A stretch of 64,000 nt of DNA, taken from positions 6,430,761-6,494,760 of the forward strand of contig SMSO01000031.1 in NCBI GenBank assembly GCA_004764695.1. Reading direction: 5' to 3'. The stretch comes from Schizochytrium sp. TIO01. Taxonomy: Eukaryota > Protista > Bigyra: Labyrinthulomycetes. Shown one piece after another: positions 58,211-64,000 of the stretch (positions within the stretch are counted from its first letter, which is position 1; every line of letters starts with the position of its first letter). Position numbers and translations under genes: made by a program. The notes beneath the pieces are model-generated. The model had not been told where the DNA came from, searched no databases, and was given only the letters and a program-made list of their open reading frames with translations.

Positions 58211-58699
58211 TTTATTCTCGGCCGTAGCAAAGGCTTGCTTGCGGCTCTAGTTCCGATTGCCAATGCGTGTCTCCACACGCTGGCTTTGCTGGAATTCCCT
58301 CTTGGGCCGAGCAGTGTTTACTTCGTCTCTAAACCAAATGCTACCGGTGCTTGCCAAACGTCTCCTTTATAACAAACAATCAGTGAGGGCGTCAATGAGT
58401 CCTAAGGCAGCTTACTTCAGGAAATATATAAGTTACGGAATACTTCCTTCTCTAGAATAGTAGGGCTTGCAGTTTAAGCAAGGCGATGGAGTCCTGCTAC
58501 TATAGAGGAACGCCACCTTCAAGTATCTGGCAAGCTGTCGTAGTGAATTGATCGAATTGGGTAAACAAGTCTTAGTTTTGACTGTGTTGTACCTATTCTA
58601 GTTTTTTTTGCTATATTGTTAAAACTCAACCAACATAGTTCCGAGACGGACCCAGGATGTCCCTACATAATATGATTAAGAGGTACTATGGGTTGTGCA

Positions 58700-58713
58700 G
58701 TCCGTTAACGGAC
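58700..58713. promoter_or_regulatory. Perfect 14-bp palindrome GTCCGTTAACGGAC at the centre of a divergent promoter
   Basis: Self-complementary sequence seen directly, midway between the ATGs at 58210 and 59193; contains two YAACGG Myb-like half sites. Function is inferred. Confidence 0.4.
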
Positions 58714-59192
58714 ACATTCAGAGTAATATCTGAAGGAAGGTAGCGGTGCTTAAGAGCGCAGGAACAAAAGTTTTTGATTGTTATGGTTGAAAAGAATAAT
58801 CTATTAAGAGGAGTGTGCGAAGCTTATATGAATGCTACTTTGTTGTGCATAAAGAGGCCAGCTCCGAAGCGACAAAGTTGCAATTGATCAAGGTAAAGGT
58901 GGTCGCGCCAGGTGCCAGAGGTTCATCGCACTCTCGGCTAATATTAGTGCCTGGGAATCTTGAACAAAGCTTTAGAGAATACAACTATAGAGCGTGTGAA
59001 AGTCCTTAGGAAGAATTGGCAAATCAACATCTTTGCAGGTACGCAAATTAGTTGAAAGCCGAGCGAAAACCTTTCGACAGAAAGACAGTTTGCCAGTTTG
59101 CTGGTTCCTTCGCATTCAAATATACCAAGCTATTTAAGAGCAACCCTTAAGAATCAGAAGATTTCGAGTAAGGAATTGCATACTTTGCCAGG

Positions 59193-61886
59193 ATGCAGTC
59201 TGCATACGACGACTATCGCGAATCGCCAAAGTACTTGAAGCGGAAGGTAAAATCAGGCCATGTTACTGCAGACTATGACAAGCGTGATTTGATTCTCACC
59301 TATGAGGTCGAGGCTACAGTTGTTGGTGATACAGGAAAAGCCATGCAAACCGAGCGAAAGACCCATCGCAAAGCAATGAACGTCAAGCTAGATGCGCATA
59401 CTGATGTTCGACTTTATGCAGAGCAGCTTGTGCATCAGAGTGATCTGATCCCGAATAATAAGGTAGATCACGTGGAAAGTCTCTTGCAAGAACTGAAGGA
59501 TATGACTGTCGAGGACCGATATTGTGCTGATTCTATCAAGAAAGTCAAGCGCGATTCCGAACGAAAGCGTAAAGAAGAAAAGCGCAGGCAAAAGATGGAG
59601 CAGAAGCGCCTTCGTGAACAAGAAATGGCAAACGAAGAACTGGCTAAAGCAGATATTGAGGACCTCAATGAGTATCTTGAGAAGCTCTATGATGATGACA
59701 TGGCAACAAAAGTGCAGGGCACCAGCATGATTCTACAACTTGCGCGAAATGCGGGCAATCTTGAAGATCTGTCCGAGAACGAAGCGCTTATTGGAGCACT
59801 GTCACGGATGCTCCGAGAGGACGCCAAGCGAAAAATGGAGCTTGCGCTTAATATTATGAATACCTTTTGTGCATTCTCAACCTTTTCTCAATTTCACCAC
59901 TTCCTCCACAGCTATCAAGTTGGAAATAATACAATGCGAACCATCAAGTGGGAACTGGAGCGTCATGCCGCCCGCAAAGAGGAGATTGCCTTGCTTGAGA
60001 AGGTAGCTGCAGCGCAAGCTCGAGGAGAAAAACCAACGTTTGATCCGCGAAAGGAGAAAAAGCGTCATGAGCCTGTTGACATGAAGCTTGAACATGCTAA
60101 AACGCGTGCAATGGAGCGCAAACAAGACAAGCTTTTGACAGCGTGCTTGCATGTGCTTATTAATTTGGCAGAGGATGATCGGGTCGAGAAGAAAATGGCA
60201 AAACGTGATCTCGCCAAGGATCTAGTACAAGTGCTTGCTTCGCGAAACTCAACCAACGCTGACCTCTTGGTGCTTGTCTGTACATTTATTCAAAAGCTGG
60301 CTGTGACGAGAGAGAATAAAGATGAATTTCGCGACTTTGAGGTTGTGGAGCACCTTGCTCGTTTTATCCCTTGCTCTAACGAGAGGTTAATGAAAGCTGC
60401 TTTATCAGCACTATTTAATCTCTCTTTTGATTCTGCTGTACGGGAGCAAATGATCAAGTGCTCGGCAATTCCCAAACTTGTGGATTTGCTACAGGAGAAA
60501 GAGTTTCGCGCCGCTTCACTTCGACTTTTGTATCACCTCTCTATTGATGATCAATGCAAGTCAATGTTTACATACACGGAGTTGATCCCATATATGATGC
60601 GAATGATCGTTGATTTTCCGGCCCAGCATGTTGGCAAAGAGCTCGCTGCTTTGGCTATTAATTTAAGCCTTAACGAGCGAAATTGCAGTTTTATGTGTCA
60701 AGGAAACAACTTCAAAAACCTCATTGAGCGAGCAATTAAACGTCAAGATCCGTTGTTGCTAAAGGTAGTGCGGAACATTGCTCGTTGGACACTCTCCCTT
60801 CAAGAAGCATTGCCAGACCCAGCTCCTGCTTCTACTAGTGCTCCTTCAGAAAAGGATGAACGAGTTGAAGCTTTGTGCCGAAGCGACAGCCGTAGCGATG
60901 ATTCTGAAGAAAAACGTAAGAAGCCACAAAGTAATCGTGCTCCTACTTACAAGTGCAAGCGTATGTGGAGCCCTTACGTTAAGGATTTAATTATGCTGAT
61001 GAAGATGACAGACAATTCCAGTGTTCTTGTGGAAACAATGGGAACTATTGCTTGCCTAACGCCTGCAGATTTGTCAAAGTCAGATTCCTTCGGTCATATT
61101 ATTCTTGAGCATGATTTAATTGAGTTCCTCCATAAGCACCTACTGCCTGGATTCTCTGAAGATGATGTTCTTTTGGAGGTTATTATCCTGGTCGGCCAAC
61201 TCTGTCTTGATGATGATGCTGCTCGGCTACTGTGCAGTTCCCCGCTTGTCAAACTAATATATGATGTCTTGCATGAAAAGCAAGATGATAGTGAGATAGT
61301 ACTACAGATTCTCTACAGTTTCCATCGCCTGCTTCGCCACCCAGGGACAGGTCATGCACTTTTGTATGAGACTCAGATGCCCCGTGACGTTTGCGAGTTA
61401 TTGGAGCACGAGAATGCTGTGGTGCGGGTCATGGCTGATAACTTGCTTGATCTTGTCGTTGACCATGATGAAGCAAACGAGAAAACAATGGATATCAATC
61501 GGCGTCTTGCTCGGCGGGCCATTTCTGGAACTCGTGGTGAGCATAAAGGTCAGAATCGAGGTCTCGAAGAAAGCTTTGGCGAGGATGAGGACGGAACTAG
61601 CCCTGAGGTTGACCAGAATGCCTATTGTGAGCTTAAGGGTAGCTTGAGTAAAATGATTCGGGCAAAGCGTTTCTCTCTTCACAACAGAGAGTGGATTGAA
61701 ATGGTTACTCAAGAAGAACTTGACGACTTAGAGGAGCATGACGATGATGAAACAGATTCTGACATTCATCCCAGTCGCGCCTCAGCCTACCGGCATCGCT
61801 CGATGGACGACTACGGTCCAGCAAGCCCATTGTCACCTGACTCATTCATGGAGGATGACGGATTTTCCTTGAGCGAAGCATACTGA
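59193..61886 (+). CDS. KAP3: Kinesin-associated protein 3 (kinesin-II/IFT accessory subunit)
   Basis: N-terminus YLKRKVKSG...YEVEATVVGDTG; YLEKLYDD...GTSMILQLARNAGNLE; LSRMLRED; FSTFSQFH; LFNLSFD; EDDVLLE; DDSEIVLQ; RFSLHNREW. Confidence 0.95.
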   Translation: MQSAYDDYRESPKYLKRKVKSGHVTADYDKRDLILTYEVEATVVGDTGKAMQTERKTHRKAMNVKLDAHTDVRLYAEQLVHQSDLIPNNKVDHVESLLQELKDMTVEDRYCADSIKKVKRDSERKRKEEKRRQKMEQKRLREQEMANEELAKADIEDLNEYLEKLYDDDMATKVQGTSMILQLARNAGNLEDLSENEALIGALSRMLREDAKRKMELALNIMNTFCAFSTFSQFHHFLHSYQVGNNTMRTIKWELERHAARKEEIALLEKVAAAQARGEKPTFDPRKEKKRHEPVDMKLEHAKTRAMERKQDKLLTACLHVLINLAEDDRVEKKMAKRDLAKDLVQVLASRNSTNADLLVLVCTFIQKLAVTRENKDEFRDFEVVEHLARFIPCSNERLMKAALSALFNLSFDSAVREQMIKCSAIPKLVDLLQEKEFRAASLRLLYHLSIDDQCKSMFTYTELIPYMMRMIVDFPAQHVGKELAALAINLSLNERNCSFMCQGNNFKNLIERAIKRQDPLLLKVVRNIARWTLSLQEALPDPAPASTSAPSEKDERVEALCRSDSRSDDSEEKRKKPQSNRAPTYKCKRMWSPYVKDLIMLMKMTDNSSVLVETMGTIACLTPADLSKSDSFGHIILEHDLIEFLHKHLLPGFSEDDVLLEVIILVGQLCLDDDAARLLCSSPLVKLIYDVLHEKQDDSEIVLQILYSFHRLLRHPGTGHALLYETQMPRDVCELLEHENAVVRVMADNLLDLVVDHDEANEKTMDINRRLARRAISGTRGEHKGQNRGLEESFGEDEDGTSPEVDQNAYCELKGSLSKMIRAKRFSLHNREWIEMVTQEELDDLEEHDDDETDSDIHPSRASAYRHRSMDDYGPASPLSPDSFMEDDGFSLSEAY

Positions 61887-62331
61887 AATTTCCGCCTTGA
61901 ACGTTGACTTCGAAAAACTAAACTAGATGATAGAAATTGTACCCCTAAAAAGAAAAAGAAATATAAATGACTCCCACTTTGCTCCAGATCCTCATCATAT
62001 CTGTTGGTGTCTGTGTCGTCTCTCTCTTCTTAGCTGTTTATTTTTGGGGAAAGTCTGTCTGCATTACTTGCCCCATTCCCATAAATAGTATTCATTTGTT
62101 ATGTAACGGATATTGACTGCGCGCTTAAGCGTCGCTCAAATACCAGAGACGTTGAAAATAAAAATAAAAATATTGGAACGAGTCCCATCGTTTCTCAACC
62201 AATATAAAACTCCAAACTTGCTTGGAGGGTCAAGTTGCGAGGTGGCAACAACACGTATTGAGGCTCGCTGTAAAATCACGACACTGAAGATATTACTAGC
62301 TAACTTCTCGATTGCGCAAAAGTGAGGAAGT

Positions 62332-64000
62332 ATGTCGCGCGCTCAAACTGCGTGGGCTGAGATGCTCGCAAGCGATGCCAAAACTGCGGAACAACACAAA
62401 GAAAACAATGCAAAGTCTTCTGTGCAGCAGCAGTTTGCAGATGATGAGCTATTGCGCTTGCTCATGAGGCCAGATAAGAAAAATAAGAAGAAGAAGAAGA
62501 AGACGATTACGATAAAATCGTCAGCGTCTGCTTCGAAGCTTGACAATCCGTCAACTGAGGCAAAACTTAGGGAAAAGGACGTCTCTGAAGCAGTCACTGA
62601 TGAGAGGTGCGAGCAGGACCAGCAAAGCCACTTGAGCCCTACGCCTGCAGCTTTGCCATCAACTGCAGTGTTGACAGATCCCGCGATGGTGCTTCGTATG
62701 TTGCAACGTGACATGAATTTATTAAGCGACTCTGCTGAGGCACGTTCACGAATTAACGCTGCAGAGCGATTGCTGAAGGTTCTCTTTCCCGAACATGGCG
62801 AAGATCTTGAAGAAGCTATTCTTAGTGAGGTTTTTGCAGAATTACAAAAGCCTTTGCTTCGCCGGCTTAGCGACAGTGCTGAAAAATGCCGGGAGCTGTC
62901 AATTATTCTGCTCACAAGGTTTTTAAGTAGGTGCGAAGATCTTGGACCAGTGCTGCCTTATATGTTCCCTGCTGTGATGGACCGCAATTCAGACACATTT
63001 GTTTTTGATGTGCAAAACAACGAGATGGTTCGTGATCTGGATGCTCACGAAGCAAAACAGCGAGGTAAAGCAATCCCTTTGGCCGATGGGGGTACTACTT
63101 TTAAACACAGTGTACGCGAGCCTTCGGAAGAGGTTCGACTACTGCTTTGCCAAATGCTTGGTACCCTCATGAATTCATTCACCTCTCGAGGCCTGCACTC
63201 CATGCTCGGCCCGTACTTTCACGACCTTGTCATGTTCTTTCACGCTTGTGCTGTTGACCCATATCCAACTCTTCGTTGTGAAGGTTTGAAAATGTTGCAG
63301 ACCCTTGCGCAAGAACCATCTTTCGAAAACACAATGCATCATTACTGTACCGCTTTGGTAAGGTCGGTCATGCCTAGCTTACGCCATCGGAGGTCGGCTG
63401 TAAAAATTGCAGCTATTCGTTGCATTGGGGCACTTGTTGCTTGTCCATATCGAAATAAGTGTAAAGGTGGCGGAACTGATGCAATCGTGGATTTAGTTGG
63501 TTTTCGAGAAGACAATGTGATTCCTGTAGTTGCGTTCTACCACGGCGAAACTCGCTTGAACTATTTAGGGTGTCTCGTTACAGATGAAAATTCAAATGTG
63601 CGCGTGGAGCTGTACAAAATGCTTGGGATGTGGTTGACTACTCTGCTCGATCGCTGGGATCATGCGGCACGTCTTTTGCCCTTCTTGCTTAGCGCTTTGT
63701 CGGATCAGTGCGAACAGGCACAGAACGCTGCATTGGGAACTCTCGATGAGCTTGGCAAACAATATGAAGAAGAGCATCATGAAGAGATACTCGAAAAGCG
63801 CCAATATGGCGTCGATGGCGCCCAAGGCAGAGCTAATTACGCCAAGCCCTTACCAGCGCCCTGGAAAGGTCGACCTCGGATGGGGACGCGACTTTATGTG
63901 CGCCAGCATTGCCGCCGGTTTCTTCACACAGTTCTACGTGAACTGCAAGATTGGAAGTCAACAACGCGGAGTCATGCTGCAGGTCTTTTGCGTACCATGC
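62332..64000 (+). CDS. DNAAF5: Dynein axonemal assembly factor 5 (HEATR2), 5' part; runs off the window end
   Basis: Open frame from ATG 62332 with no stop in the window, so it is absent from the ORF track. LQRDMNLLSD, KPLLRRLSDSAEKCRELS, EPSEEVRL, WLTTLLDRWDHAARLLPFLLSALSD, RPRMGTRLYVR...ELQDW. Confidence 0.85.
   Translation, partial: MSRAQTAWAEMLASDAKTAEQHKENNAKSSVQQQFADDELLRLLMRPDKKNKKKKKKTITIKSSASASKLDNPSTEAKLREKDVSEAVTDERCEQDQQSHLSPTPAALPSTAVLTDPAMVLRMLQRDMNLLSDSAEARSRINAAERLLKVLFPEHGEDLEEAILSEVFAELQKPLLRRLSDSAEKCRELSIILLTRFLSRCEDLGPVLPYMFPAVMDRNSDTFVFDVQNNEMVRDLDAHEAKQRGKAIPLADGGTTFKHSVREPSEEVRLLLCQMLGTLMNSFTSRGLHSMLGPYFHDLVMFFHACAVDPYPTLRCEGLKMLQTLAQEPSFENTMHHYCTALVRSVMPSLRHRRSAVKIAAIRCIGALVACPYRNKCKGGGTDAIVDLVGFREDNVIPVVAFYHGETRLNYLGCLVTDENSNVRVELYKMLGMWLTTLLDRWDHAARLLPFLLSALSDQCEQAQNAALGTLDELGKQYEEEHHEEILEKRQYGVDGAQGRANYAKPLPAPWKGRPRMGTRLYVRQHCRRFLHTVLRELQDWKSTTRSHAAGLLRTM

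Noticed and set aside
62233-62248. RFX X-box-like GTTGCG-AGGT-GGCAAC upstream of DNAAF5
   Set aside because: Spacer and half-site deviate from consensus, and RFX is not expected in this lineage.

Overview
Gene-dense, intron-poor eukaryotic DNA from a flagellated protist. The gene content, microsatellite-rich intergenic DNA and rare GT-AG introns suggest a stramenopile such as a thraustochytrid/labyrinthulomycete (inference). About 15 protein-coding loci are recognisable: a tandem-domain MazG/DR2231-like NTP pyrophosphatase, MCM10, an FN3-WW-EF-hand-SAM protein, serine palmitoyltransferase LCB2 (3 exons), an ankyrin-repeat protein, METTL9, a Sir2/SIRT1-class sirtuin with a ~467-aa insertion, an Ero1 + flavin fumarate reductase + cytochrome b5 locus, an IQ-motif protein, a large PqiA/LetA-domain membrane protein, a coiled-coil protein, RAD6/UBC2 (2 exons), a ~3,800-aa armadillo-repeat protein, KAP3 and DNAAF5 (truncated by the window end). 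There is also a decayed transposase-like patch at ~43.9-46.4 kb. The best candidate for an undescribed system is at 22634-26012 (-). There a signal-peptide-bearing Ero1 runs, across a single +1 frame break, into an intact Osm1/flavocytochrome-c-type fumarate reductase and a cytochrome b5. This predicts one ~1,125-aa ER enzyme that could couple disulfide formation to fumarate reduction without oxygen, and bZIP/UPR-like ACGT repeats lie upstream. Five clear +1 frame breaks in four genes each fit one extra base in a short homopolymer, so residual assembly insertion errors are the simplest explanation. No tRNA, rRNA or CRISPR was found.
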